A stretch of DNA of 42,200 nucleotides from a virus, in the UHGV virus genome UHGV-0106589. The stretch is one strand, 5' to 3'. The stretch's first letter is position 1. Each line of letters starts with the position of its first letter. A model generated the notes under the pieces. The model did no database searches. It saw nothing but the letters and a program-made list of their open reading frames with translations, and was not told where the DNA came from. The position numbers and the translations under genes are program-made. Positions 1 to 7,804 of the stretch are shown here, one piece after another.

Positions 1-124
1 CAAATGGTAGACAAAACCGCATCTATATCCCAAAAGCCACAAAAGAGGAACCGTCAAAAGACGATTCCCCTTTCTGTTTAAAAGTTCATTTTTCCTTGTA
101 AATCCAAGGTTTTTTATTAGAACT

Positions 125-157
125 TGCCTTCCTTAGCAGCCTCCTCAATCGAAACAG
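125..157. repeat. 33-nt imperfect direct repeat, left copy (29/33 identical to 1197-1229)
   Basis: tgccttccttagcagcctcctcaatcgaaacag versus tgccttcttttgcagcttcttcaatcgaaacag. On the minus strand both copies encode a terminal ...VSIEEAAKEG(K/R)F-stop. The differences are four synonymous changes plus K/R. Confidence 0.5.
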
Positions 158-250
158 GAAACCTTGATTTTAAGCCATTTCTTCCAGCAAAATGTAGGAA
201 TAAAATAGAAATAATCTACACTTAAATACTTCTAACTACTTCTATGTTGA

Positions 251-829
251 TTACGTCTCATTTTTTCTGTTTTTCAGCCATTCCCTCATTGCGTTTTCAC
301 AACATGAAAAATCACAGTATGTACGCCTTATATTTTGTGTTTCTTTTTGATGCTTATAAATTTTTTCTGCTTTTGTCAGTATTTTATCCTTAATGGTTAA
401 GCAAAAAGCATATTCCTTTTCAAATAAGTCCTGATAACGTTCATCGCCCAACTCATCAAATATAATTCTTTTGTAAGCCTCATCCGGAACAGGTATCATT
501 TTTTTGATATCCAAGACAGACAACACATGCATTTTTTTATCTTTGGAATATTCTTTGTATACATCACCCGAAATATTTACAGACTTATCTATCACTTCAT
601 ATATTAAAAAATGTTCGTCACAACTATTTTTCCACTTCTTATGTTTCTCCTTTGCCGATGTTAAAGGAATAAAATATTTACATTCTGTCATGTCTATGAT
701 AATACCAACAAAAGGTTTTATCGCATACCTATAAGAAGCATTATAATATACTTCTGAATTCTTATTATTTAGATATTCCAAATAATCAGCATCAATAGTA
801 TAGAAACCAAAATTTTCAAATTCGGCCAT
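251..829 (-). CDS. toxN: Type III toxin-antitoxin toxin, ToxN/AbiQ-family endoribonuclease
   Basis: 192-aa ORF. The motif KPFVGIIIDMTECKYFIPLTSAKEKHKKW matches the ToxN/AbiQ core (FIGIVLEI-GHKYLAPLTSPKKWH). C-terminal RTYCDFS resembles ToxN GTCDFAV. RBS AAGGAGA lies upstream. The gene sits directly downstream of tandem repeats plus a terminator, the canonical type III TA layout. The gene is AT-rich. Confidence 0.75.
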   Translation of the reverse strand: MAEFENFGFYTIDADYLEYLNNKNSEVYYNASYRYAIKPFVGIIIDMTECKYFIPLTSAKEKHKKWKNSCDEHFLIYEVIDKSVNISGDVYKEYSKDKKMHVLSVLDIKKMIPVPDEAYKRIIFDELGDERYQDLFEKEYAFCLTIKDKILTKAEKIYKHQKETQNIRRTYCDFSCCENAMREWLKNRKNET

Positions 830-840
830 AGTTCTCCTTA

Positions 841-873
841 GTCAAAAAGTGGAGAAGATTTCTCTTCTCCACT
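841..873 (-). terminator. Rho-independent attenuator between toxI repeats and toxN
   Basis: Perfect 11-bp inverted repeat agtggagaaga/tcttctccact (848-873) with a 4-nt loop, followed on the minus strand by TTTTG. This mirrors the ToxIN terminator that sets the toxI:toxN ratio. Confidence 0.6.
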
Positions 874-880
874 AAGCTTT

Positions 881-962
881 AATGTTCCACCTTTGGGATA
901 TAGGTAGCGGGACACCTTCTTTAATGCTCCACCTTTGTAATGGGTAGTGGGACACCCTCTTT
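881..962 (-). ncRNA. toxI: ToxI-like antitoxin RNA: two tandem repeats (881-922 and 923-962, about 41 nt each, about 80% identical)
   Basis: Direct repeats aatgttccacctttgggatataggtagcgggacaccttcttt and aatgctccacctttgtaatgggtagtgggacaccctcttt lie immediately upstream (in transcript orientation) of toxN and before a hairpin terminator. Confidence 0.6.
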
Positions 963-986
963 AACATTTTCCCTTTTTCTAATTCT

Positions 987-1015
987 AATATACATTAGTA
1001 TATGCGCAAAGTCAA
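987..1015 (-). promoter_or_regulatory. putative sigma-A promoter for the toxI-toxN transcript
   Basis: On the minus strand: TTGACT (reverse complement of 1010-1015), 17-nt spacer, TATATT (reverse complement of 987-992). Located about 20 nt upstream of the first repeat. Confidence 0.4.
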
Positions 1016-1196
1016 TAACTTTTGTCAAACGACAATATTATGTAAATCAATTATTCACACATCAAAATGTAGGAATATCATATAGGATTAATGTATAAAT
1101 AGTGTAGGAGTGACCCCTTATTTGCCATAAAAAGTCACTCCCAAATTACTCTTAATTACTTCTAAAAACCGCTAAATACGGCTATTTACTAGAATC

Positions 1197-1229
1197 TGCC
1201 TTCTTTTGCAGCTTCTTCAATCGAAACAG
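1197..1229. repeat. 33-nt imperfect direct repeat, right copy
   Basis: See 125-157. A second patch, caGCAAAATGTAGGAATA (187-204) versus caTCAAAATGTAGGAATA (1061-1078), and cttaaatacttcta versus cttaattacttcta are also duplicated around the toxIN cassette. Confidence 0.5.
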
Positions 1230-1789
1230 CTACAGCTACAGTAGCGCCAACCATTGGGTTATTACCCAAGCTTAGCTGTAACATTTTGCATGATTTATGT
1301 ATGCTATAGAATCATCTACAGCCCTTTATTTACTAATATATATCTACATTTCCGAAAATCTGTAAACCTATAGTATCATCATATATATTATAGACGAATC
1401 TGCTCAAGGTAGACAAATGGTTGACACTGCCTACCTTTTTATCTTTTATGATTTTCCACAGGACAAAACTAAAGCCTCCGGAGTTGCCGCTCTGGGGTTT
1501 TCTTGCTCTTTACGGCGAGCCAATCCGTTTAGGCTGTTGCCGCCTGTTCATCGTCTGTCCATCCATATTTGCAAATCCACCCTTGACACTTGCGAGGATA
1601 GGTATTATACTTTAAGTACATTGTCGATGCAAATGTATCGTGGATTTAAGCTTTATTATATTTTTTGTTATGTTGAGTTTCGACTCATATGCGGATTTTT
1701 TCCAAAAAAGCGACTGCCTTTTATTTGGTAGCCGCTTTTTTCTTTCTTTATTTCCGTAAATATTGATTTAATAGTGTATTTTACTCCGG

Positions 1790-1818
1790 TTGACAAAAAT
1801 ATATAAATAATGTAAAAT
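1790..1818 (+). promoter_or_regulatory. near-consensus sigma-A promoter (TTGACA, 17 nt, TAAAAT, with TG just upstream)
   Basis: TTGACA at 1790-1795 and TAAAAT at 1813-1818, 17-nt spacer. Lies about 30 nt upstream of RBS AGGAGGA and ATG at 1849. Confidence 0.5.
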
Positions 1819-1848
1819 AGGCTCATGATTAAAAATATAGGAGGACAT

Positions 1849-2478
1849 ATGCTTACTCAGTTTAAAGATATTTTTACTTCTCGTGAACTTAAAACACTGG
1901 CATCAATCGTGCAGGTCGGCGATGTAACCTATCGTGAGCTTATGGAAACGCAACGCCCAATGTTGGGACACCCCTATTTTGCTGACACAAGAGGACGGTT
2001 ACGGACAAAACTAGTGCAAATGCAATGTGAGATTGAGAGCCATGACCCGAAATTTCCGTTTGAATTTATTCAACGTGAGTTTCGATGCAAGCAACTGATA
2101 CCAGAACTCAGAAATAAAAATGTAATCCTTCATGTTGCACGTAGTTCAGCACCTGATTTATTACCTTATGCTTCAAAGTACAAGATCAGACTATCAAACA
2201 ATAATCATGCATTACAGAGACAGATGGTTATTGACTTTGATGAAACACCTCCTTATAGCAATGAACCTTATTATGCTATTTTAGCATTTGGAGGACGCAA
2301 TCAGACGTTTTCTGTTGTTCAGTTTCCAGAACCTGGATATACTGGTATTGCAGAATGTTTACCCCTTCCTCAAATTAGTCTAACCACTGAAAATGAAAAC
2401 ATGAAAGTATTTGAACGAAAAAAAGCTGTATTAAAGAAAGAGTTCTTAGCGCATGGAATTGAGGAGAATATTTCATGA
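1849..2478 (+). CDS. hypothetical protein (209 aa from the RBS-supported ATG; ORF track start 1825)
   Basis: RBS ataGGAGGAcat precedes ATG 1849. The stop overlaps the start of the next gene (ATGA at 2475-2478), indicating translational coupling. No recognisable motif. AT-rich. Confidence 0.55.
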   Translation: MLTQFKDIFTSRELKTLASIVQVGDVTYRELMETQRPMLGHPYFADTRGRLRTKLVQMQCEIESHDPKFPFEFIQREFRCKQLIPELRNKNVILHVARSSAPDLLPYASKYKIRLSNNNHALQRQMVIDFDETPPYSNEPYYAILAFGGRNQTFSVVQFPEPGYTGIAECLPLPQISLTTENENMKVFERKKAVLKKEFLAHGIEENIS

Positions 2479-3620
2479 CTAGCACAATTATATCTTCCCG
2501 CATAACAGAAGCTCGGGAAGCTCGTGCTAAATCTATGGAAGATTTAGCTAGTGACATTGGCGTTACAAGGCAATCTATTTCAAAATATGAACGAGGTATA
2601 GTGCGTCCTTCGCCGGAAATGCTACAGGCCATTTCATATAGTCTTGGGTTTCCTACAGAGTTTTTTTATAAATCAGAAGCAAAAATCAATGCTGGTAGTA
2701 GTCCATTATTTTTTCGCTCTAAATCTAATATTGCTAAAAAAGTTAAAACAGCATGCAAATATCAGATAAAGTGGACTGACGAAATAAAAAAACAACTCGA
2801 GAAATATGTTGATTTTATTGAACGGGATCTTCCGACAATCGACAAGAACTACGAAGATTTATCCTTTGAAGATATTGAGGAAATAGCACTAACTATTCGC
2901 AAAGATTGGGATATAGACGATGATCCGATCAATGATTTAATAGGATTATTGGAAAATAAAGGTGTTATCGTAACACAATTTGCCACAAATAGTTTCTGTG
3001 CTTTCAAAGGTATAGATGCTTTTTCTTGTTGGAAAGATGGGACACCATATATTTTGTACCATTCGATTCCTAAGAGTGCTGTACGTACTAGATTTAGCAT
3101 CTTACATGAATTAGGACATCTTATAATGCATAGTTCTATCGCAGAAGATGATTCTGTTAAAAAAGAAATCGTTGATCTAGCAGATATGCAGGCAGATCGA
3201 TTTGCAGCAGCATTTTTACTTCCGGCAACATCATTCCCAAAAGATATACGAAGCACCTCTCTAATTTCATTAGAGGCTGTTAAAAAAAAATGGGGATGTG
3301 CTATGTCCACCATTATTAAGCGTTGTGAGACACTTGAATTGCTAACGGAAAATCAAATAAATTATTTAAAGCGACAAATGACCACAAAAAAGTATTGGCA
3401 TAAAGAGCCGTTAGATGATATTTTAACAATTGCCGAACCCGAAATGATACGTGACGCAGTCTATCTTTTGATCGATAATAGGATAATTACTAAAACTGCA
3501 TTTATCAATGCATCTGGATTATCTATTGATGATTTAAAATGTATCTGTGGATTGCCAGATGAATTTTTTGACGATTTCAATCAGCGGCGCAAACCAATAT
3601 TGCGATTGGTAAAAAGCTAA
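2475..3620 (+). CDS. XRE-family HTH fused to an ImmA/IrrE-family (M78, COG2856) zinc metallopeptidase
   Basis: N-terminal HTH (EAREARAKSMEDLASDIGVTRQSISKYERG). Central HEXXH zinc motif within SILHELGHLIMH. Domain order matches the fused XRE-COG2856 family. Confidence 0.8.
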   Translation: MTSTIISSRITEAREARAKSMEDLASDIGVTRQSISKYERGIVRPSPEMLQAISYSLGFPTEFFYKSEAKINAGSSPLFFRSKSNIAKKVKTACKYQIKWTDEIKKQLEKYVDFIERDLPTIDKNYEDLSFEDIEEIALTIRKDWDIDDDPINDLIGLLENKGVIVTQFATNSFCAFKGIDAFSCWKDGTPYILYHSIPKSAVRTRFSILHELGHLIMHSSIAEDDSVKKEIVDLADMQADRFAAAFLLPATSFPKDIRSTSLISLEAVKKKWGCAMSTIIKRCETLELLTENQINYLKRQMTTKKYWHKEPLDDILTIAEPEMIRDAVYLLIDNRIITKTAFINASGLSIDDLKCICGLPDEFFDDFNQRRKPILRLVKS

Positions 3621-3772
3621 GAATATTATGATATTTCTTCCTATATAAGGGGTGACTGCCAAAAACATAGAATCAAAAGATTTTCAGGGATATTGCATTT
3701 CAGAATTGCATATGCTATAATGCCAGTAGGCAATAAAGGATATAGTTGTTCCATAGTGAGCGACAACAAAAA

Positions 3773-3808
3773 ACCCGGAGGTGTGCGAGACCTTCGGGTT
3801 TTTCTATT
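3773..3808. terminator. bidirectional Rho-independent terminator
   Basis: aaaaaCCCGGAGGtgtgcgagaCCTTCGGGtttttc: an 8-9-bp stem with one G-U pair, flanked by an A-run and a T-run. Lies between the convergent HTH-ImmA gene (+) and the small peptide gene (-). Confidence 0.5.
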
Positions 3809-3854
3809 CCTATTTTTGGAGTGGGAAGGCTTAACCCCACAGGCTGGTTACCGG

Positions 3855-3941
3855 TTATTTATCGCCGTCCAACCATTTGATGATGTAGTGGCAAACCACA
3901 CCAGCCGCGACAGCGACGATAAAGGATATAATAAATTCCAT
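3855..3941 (-). CDS. 28-aa hydrophobic peptide, Fst/Ldr-like type I toxin candidate (or small lysis-associated membrane peptide)
   Basis: MEFIISFIVAVAAGVVCHYIIKWLDGDK: a single TM helix plus a charged tail. Strong RBS GGGAGGTG sits 7 nt upstream. Convergent with the plus-strand terminator. Missing from the ORF track because it is short. Confidence 0.35.
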   Translation of the reverse strand: MEFIISFIVAVAAGVVCHYIIKWLDGDK

Positions 3942-4034
3942 AGTAAGCACCTCCCTTCCTTACCAGTATAGGAGGCGGTAACATCAGCATTATATCACAT
4001 CCATATTGTCCCTGCTACTTCTTTTTCTACCTTT

Positions 4035-4895
4035 TTATTCCGCCAGCCCCGGCCATCTCAGCGCCCCATCCTGATCCGGTGTAAGCGTCACCGGCTCCAC
4101 AATCATGCGGCCCTCAGTATCCATGATGTACCACTTACCGTCTATCGTCTGCTGTCCTGTTACCATAGCACCATCAGCACCCAGGTAGTACCAGTGGTCT
4201 TTATACTTGTACCATGTATCATGCACCATTATGCCGGAGCCGTCGAACCAGTACCACTTGCTCTCGTACCAGTACCAATCATTTCGGACTGGCTGACCGT
4301 TACCAAGGTAGTATCTCCAGCCACCATCTTCCTGCTGCCAGCCAGACTTTTTCTGCGGTTCGGTCAACGCCACCTTAAAATCGATCCACAGCTGCGGCTG
4401 ATCCAGCATCTTACGGGGGCAATGCTTACGCTTTGCATCATAGTGCCGGATCACATGATCGGCCCCGATCCCTGTCTCCGCCACGATCTGGCGTACAAGC
4501 TCCACGCAGTTTGCGCGGGCGGTATCATAATCGGAGTCCGGGTTGACGCAGATCTCAATGTTGATGCTGTTGGTGTTGGTGACTCCTGCCACCAGAGGCG
4601 TACCGTATTGCCTACCTACTGCATAGGCACCGTCTCTGTAATCTAAGGTTTGCACTGCCGCTTTATCATCTACATACCAGTGGACAGAGGTGGACAGGTT
4701 GCCGTTTCGATGGGCTTCGGAGTGTTTAAGGGCACCTGCACCCATCTTGTAGTTGTCCGTCTCGTGGATCACGATCCATGCTGGGCGGTTTTGACCTGCA
4801 TAACAGTTAATCTGTCTGATTTCTTTTCGTATTTCCATAGTTTCCTCCATTATTCTGCCAGTTTCCATCCTGCCGGGTATGTATCCGGCCCCCAT
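4035..4895 (-). CDS. endolysin: N-acetylmuramoyl-L-alanine amidase (Amidase_2/PGRP) with C-terminal choline-binding-type cell-wall-binding repeats
   Basis: AWIVIHETDN...HCP amidase_2 signature. C-terminal GW/WYY repeats (GWQQEDGGWRYYLGNG, DGKWYIMDTEG). True start is probably an internal Met (METGR or MEIRK). Confidence 0.85.
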   Translation of the reverse strand: MGAGYIPGRMETGRIMEETMEIRKEIRQINCYAGQNRPAWIVIHETDNYKMGAGALKHSEAHRNGNLSTSVHWYVDDKAAVQTLDYRDGAYAVGRQYGTPLVAGVTNTNSINIEICVNPDSDYDTARANCVELVRQIVAETGIGADHVIRHYDAKRKHCPRKMLDQPQLWIDFKVALTEPQKKSGWQQEDGGWRYYLGNGQPVRNDWYWYESKWYWFDGSGIMVHDTWYKYKDHWYYLGADGAMVTGQQTIDGKWYIMDTEGRMIVEPVTLTPDQDGALRWPGLAE

Positions 4896-5293
4896 ACACA
4901 GTTATCCATCTGGCATACATACCGCTTGCCGTCTGTGTATGTCATCTTATCCCCTGTGTTATAAGCATCATGCGCCCCTGTGGGCTGTACCCATGCAGGA
5001 TACTCTTCTGTCTCTGGCGGGGTTACGCTGCCGCCATCCAGTTTACTGACCTTGTCTGTCAGACTGAGGATCGTCTTACCCATTTCGGTCATATTGGCAT
5101 ACAGAGTGTCAATCTGCTTCTGGAGTGGCGCATAACTGTTTTCTGGGTCTGCACCGGTGCGGGCCAGATCAATCAATTCCGTGCGCTGCTCCTCAGTGAG
5201 GGTGCCTTGGAGCCAGATAGTGTCAATCTTTTTGAGGATGTCCGTCAGCTCATAGCTTCCGGACGTGATTACATTTTTAATGATATCGTACAT
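4850..5293 (-). CDS. phage protein with XkdX-like N-terminus
   Basis: RBS AGGAGG then MYDIIKNV. ELTDILKKIDTIWLQGTLTEEQRTELIDLARTG resembles the XkdX family. Lies between the fibre-like gene and the lysin. Confidence 0.4.
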   Translation of the reverse strand: MYDIIKNVITSGSYELTDILKKIDTIWLQGTLTEEQRTELIDLARTGADPENSYAPLQKQIDTLYANMTEMGKTILSLTDKVSKLDGGSVTPPETEEYPAWVQPTGAHDAYNTGDKMTYTDGKRYVCQMDNCVWGPDTYPAGWKLAE

Positions 5294-5303
5294 TATGTAC
5301 CTC

Positions 5304-7232
5304 CTATAACAATGCAATTTGAGTGTTCACGATAGCTTGATTTAATTCCTTAAATTTCTTGTCGATGTAAGCCTTGGTATCCGCTACATACGTCACTTCC
5401 ATTCCTGCTCCTGCGTCATTGGTAATCACGGTAGTCGGGCCATATGTCCGCAGGGCCTTGTAGGCGGCAATCTCTTCGGGGGTAAGATCACGCTCGATGG
5501 GGGTTTCTAATTGATAATAAATCGTAGTCTGATTATCAACAAACCATTGTTTACATTCCTCAACTGTAGTTACTGTGGATGGAAGATAAAAATAGACGTC
5601 GCTATTATAAGTAAAAGAACCTCCAAGCATATGCCCAGAAGAAAGAAAAGTAAATCTGTTACTTAAAATTTCAGATCGTACTGTTTTCTTAGCAGCATCC
5701 GTTCCTATAATTTTGAATCTTAAGTTCCCAGTTGTTTTATCTGAAATCCATCGATCATAATCAGCAGGATTGATTTCTTTAACTCTCTGCACATACTTTC
5801 CGCGCTCCAGATCAATCTCATCGCACACCCACTGCTGACCGTTGGAATCTGTGTAGTTGCCGTCCTTGCTGACTGGCACACCGGGGAGACCGTTAGGAGT
5901 GGCGAGGGTGAGGGATTGGCTCTGACTTCCGCTGTCGGAAATAGAGACGTTGATTGTGCCGCTCTCACCAGCACTCACAATCGGCACTGGATTTTCCACA
6001 CTCGGTGCCCCATCCTGCGTACTCTTCCCAAACACCCTCAGCCTCCGGAACGGACGACCCTCTGCGGCATCATTGGCGGTAATGACGGAGCCGGAAGCCG
6101 TGCTATGGATTGCCGGTGCCAAATCGGTCATCCCTTCCACCAGACCGGCTATATCAGTCTTATTCTGGCTGATCTGCTCCCTATCCGCTATAATCCCAGC
6201 AGCCGCATCCTCAACCCTTTTGGTCTGCTTATCGCCCTCCGTGGTGACTGCCTGTACTGCTGTAGTCTTAGCCTCAGCAACCTCACTGACCGCCTGTGTG
6301 CCTGCCTCCTGTACCGCTGTGGTCTGTTTATTGCCCTCGGCCTTAACAGCTCCCACAGCTGTGCTCTGAGCCTGTCCTATGGCTGTAAGGGCGTCTTGGG
6401 CGGTCTGTCCAAACTGCGCAGCGGTCTGCTCTACCGCCTGACGGTCTGCCGCCACTGCTTCCCTCATCTGGCTAACTACCTGCTTATCATTGGCAACTGC
6501 CTGCCGGTCTGCCTCCGTCTCCTCAGCGTACTGTCTTGCTGTATCCTCAGCCGCCTCAGCGCCCGTCTGTGCCTGTGCTGCGGCTGTCTCTGATAACTTG
6601 GCTGCCTGTGCCGATAACGCCGCGTCTGAGGCCTCCTGCTGTGCCTGAGAGAGCATCCCTGTTACTGCCTGCTTATCCTGTGCCACGGTATCGGCATTGA
6701 TCTCTACCTGCTCTGCAAGCCCCTGTACGGCTTCCAAATGCTCCGCTGTCTGGGTGGCTGCTGCCTTGGCCTCATCCGCAGCGGCTACAGCCTTGTCACC
6801 GGCCTCTTCCGCACGTTTGGCAGCGTCATTCACGGCCTCGATGGCCTCCCGAAAGATCTCCCCATCTCCCGGTGCCTCAAAGGCTTTCGGCTTGGGGCGT
6901 GATTTGACCTGCATGGTAATGCGCTTGATCGTCTCACCGGATGTCCGGTCTGACAGGTATATCCATGCGTGGATGTTGTACATCTTTTCGGCCGTCCATA
7001 CTGTACTGTTGCCCTCCAGCATACTGTCCGGGATCGTGACGGTTGTTACGCCGTCTTTGGTGGTACCCACACGGGGTATAGCCTCGCCGCCCATCTCTTG
7101 TAATGCAAAGTGAATCTCAACCGCCGTCGGAAGATGTAATCCCTCTATCCTGAGCTGCTGACCATAATCCCACTGCCATAGGCCGTAGGTGCGGGCATAA
7201 TCATCGTTATCTGTAAATACTGCTGTAACCAT
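5304..7232 (-). CDS. fibre-like structural protein: N-terminal domain, long Ala/Gln-rich coiled coil, C-terminal globular domain
   Basis: 642 aa. Residues about 130-380 are low-complexity AEAxxQ heptad-like repeats. RBS GGAGGTG. Unusual position between holin and endolysin. Confidence 0.5.
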   Translation of the reverse strand: MVTAVFTDNDDYARTYGLWQWDYGQQLRIEGLHLPTAVEIHFALQEMGGEAIPRVGTTKDGVTTVTIPDSMLEGNSTVWTAEKMYNIHAWIYLSDRTSGETIKRITMQVKSRPKPKAFEAPGDGEIFREAIEAVNDAAKRAEEAGDKAVAAADEAKAAATQTAEHLEAVQGLAEQVEINADTVAQDKQAVTGMLSQAQQEASDAALSAQAAKLSETAAAQAQTGAEAAEDTARQYAEETEADRQAVANDKQVVSQMREAVAADRQAVEQTAAQFGQTAQDALTAIGQAQSTAVGAVKAEGNKQTTAVQEAGTQAVSEVAEAKTTAVQAVTTEGDKQTKRVEDAAAGIIADREQISQNKTDIAGLVEGMTDLAPAIHSTASGSVITANDAAEGRPFRRLRVFGKSTQDGAPSVENPVPIVSAGESGTINVSISDSGSQSQSLTLATPNGLPGVPVSKDGNYTDSNGQQWVCDEIDLERGKYVQRVKEINPADYDRWISDKTTGNLRFKIIGTDAAKKTVRSEILSNRFTFLSSGHMLGGSFTYNSDVYFYLPSTVTTVEECKQWFVDNQTTIYYQLETPIERDLTPEEIAAYKALRTYGPTTVITNDAGAGMEVTYVADTKAYIDKKFKELNQAIVNTQIALL

Positions 7233-7284
7233 CAGTCACCTCCAACTAAAAAGAGCCCCAGAGTTTCCCCCGGGGCCTGTCTGC

Positions 7285-7300
7285 GTTGCGACGTCGCACA
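7285..7300. repeat. palindrome family member TGTGCGACGTCGCAAC (minus-strand reading)
   Basis: 15/16 match to GTTGCGACGTCGCAAC. Intergenic, upstream of the 642-aa gene. Confidence 0.7.
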
Positions 7301-7302
7301 GC

Positions 7303-7491
7303 TTACTTATCTTCCGTGCCTACCGCTCTCTCGTCCTCCTTGCCGGTTGCAGGGCCGGTGGTTGCAAAAGTGGTATCCTGTGCACCCTTGGGTCTTCTCT
7401 TCTGTGCTGCGTCATTTCTTCTCTGCTCTGCTGTTCTCTTGTCTGCTCTCTTACCTGTTGCGTTTGCCATAATCTTTGTCCTCTCTTTCAC
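7303..7491 (-). CDS. small highly basic hypothetical protein (62 aa)
   Basis: ORF only. Lys/Arg-rich. Compositional call. Confidence 0.25.
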   Translation of the reverse strand: MKERTKIMANATGKRADKRTAEQRRNDAAQKRRPKGAQDTTFATTGPATGKEDERAVGTEDK

Positions 7492-7559
7492 TGTTGATAT
7501 GTAATAGTAGTTGCTCCGGCTCTGACCCTGCCGGACGGGAGATGTTGGATCACCCCCTC

Positions 7560-7790
7560 TCAGGTCTTGGCTGGCAGCTCCGGAAGTCCTGCGATGGACG
7601 TTGCCACTGACAGGATACCTGCCAGCGCGGATGCACTGGCTACCATAGGCCAGTTGACCTCACCCATGACCGCTGCTGAGCCGATGGTGGCGACAAATGT
7701 CTGCGCCATAGTCTTGACCGCACGGATACCTGCGGCCTTGACCCACTGGATGGTATCCACGTCGGCACGGAATACACAGTTCTTAAGCAT
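7560..7790 (-). CDS. holin (two predicted TM helices)
   Basis: RBS GAGGAGGTGAG then MLKNCV. Hydrophobic segments AQTFVATIGSAAVMG and MVASASALAGILSVATSIAGL. Short polar C-terminus. Adjacent to the XhlA-like gene. Confidence 0.6.
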   Translation of the reverse strand: MLKNCVFRADVDTIQWVKAAGIRAVKTMAQTFVATIGSAAVMGEVNWPMVASASALAGILSVATSIAGLPELPAKT

Positions 7791-7804
7791 ATACTCACCT
7801 CCTC

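Noticed and set aside
1192-1284. 31-aa minus-strand ORF MLQLSLGNNPMVGATVAVAVSIEEAAKEGRF as an independent small-peptide gene (for example an autoinducer or bacteriocin precursor).
   Set aside because: No convincing RBS before either Met, and the left-hand paralogue lacks any start codon. Kept as part of the duplicated-flank observation instead.
1417-1731. Two overlapping plus-strand ORFs (104 and 64 aa) in the AT-rich intergenic region.
   Set aside because: No RBS, low-complexity translation, and the region looks like promoter / arm-site DNA. Treated as non-coding. A hairpin with A/T flanks at about 1712-1741 may be a terminator but the stem has mismatches.
3284-3292. A9 homopolymer inside the HTH-ImmA gene as a phase-variation tract.
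   Set aside because: Nine A is short for slipped-strand switching and the gene is AT-rich overall. Noted only as a minor observation.
3693-3971. 92-aa plus-strand ORF.
   Set aside because: It overlaps the strong-RBS minus-strand peptide gene and the bidirectional terminator, and has no RBS and odd composition. It is more likely the antisense or non-coding side of the small-peptide locus than a protein gene.
5916-7113. Plus-strand ORFs (225, 139, 138 aa) inside the 642-aa minus-strand gene, and similar antisense ORFs inside the TMP, capsid, portal and terminase genes.
   Set aside because: These are GC-rich antisense frames of long, well-supported genes. The Cys/Leu/Ser-rich translations are typical shadow ORFs.
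7248-7283. Possible minus-strand terminator gcccc...ggggc plus TCTTTTT upstream of the 642-aa gene.
   Set aside because: The stem is only 5 bp with a 12-nt loop and alternative pairings exist. Too weak to call.
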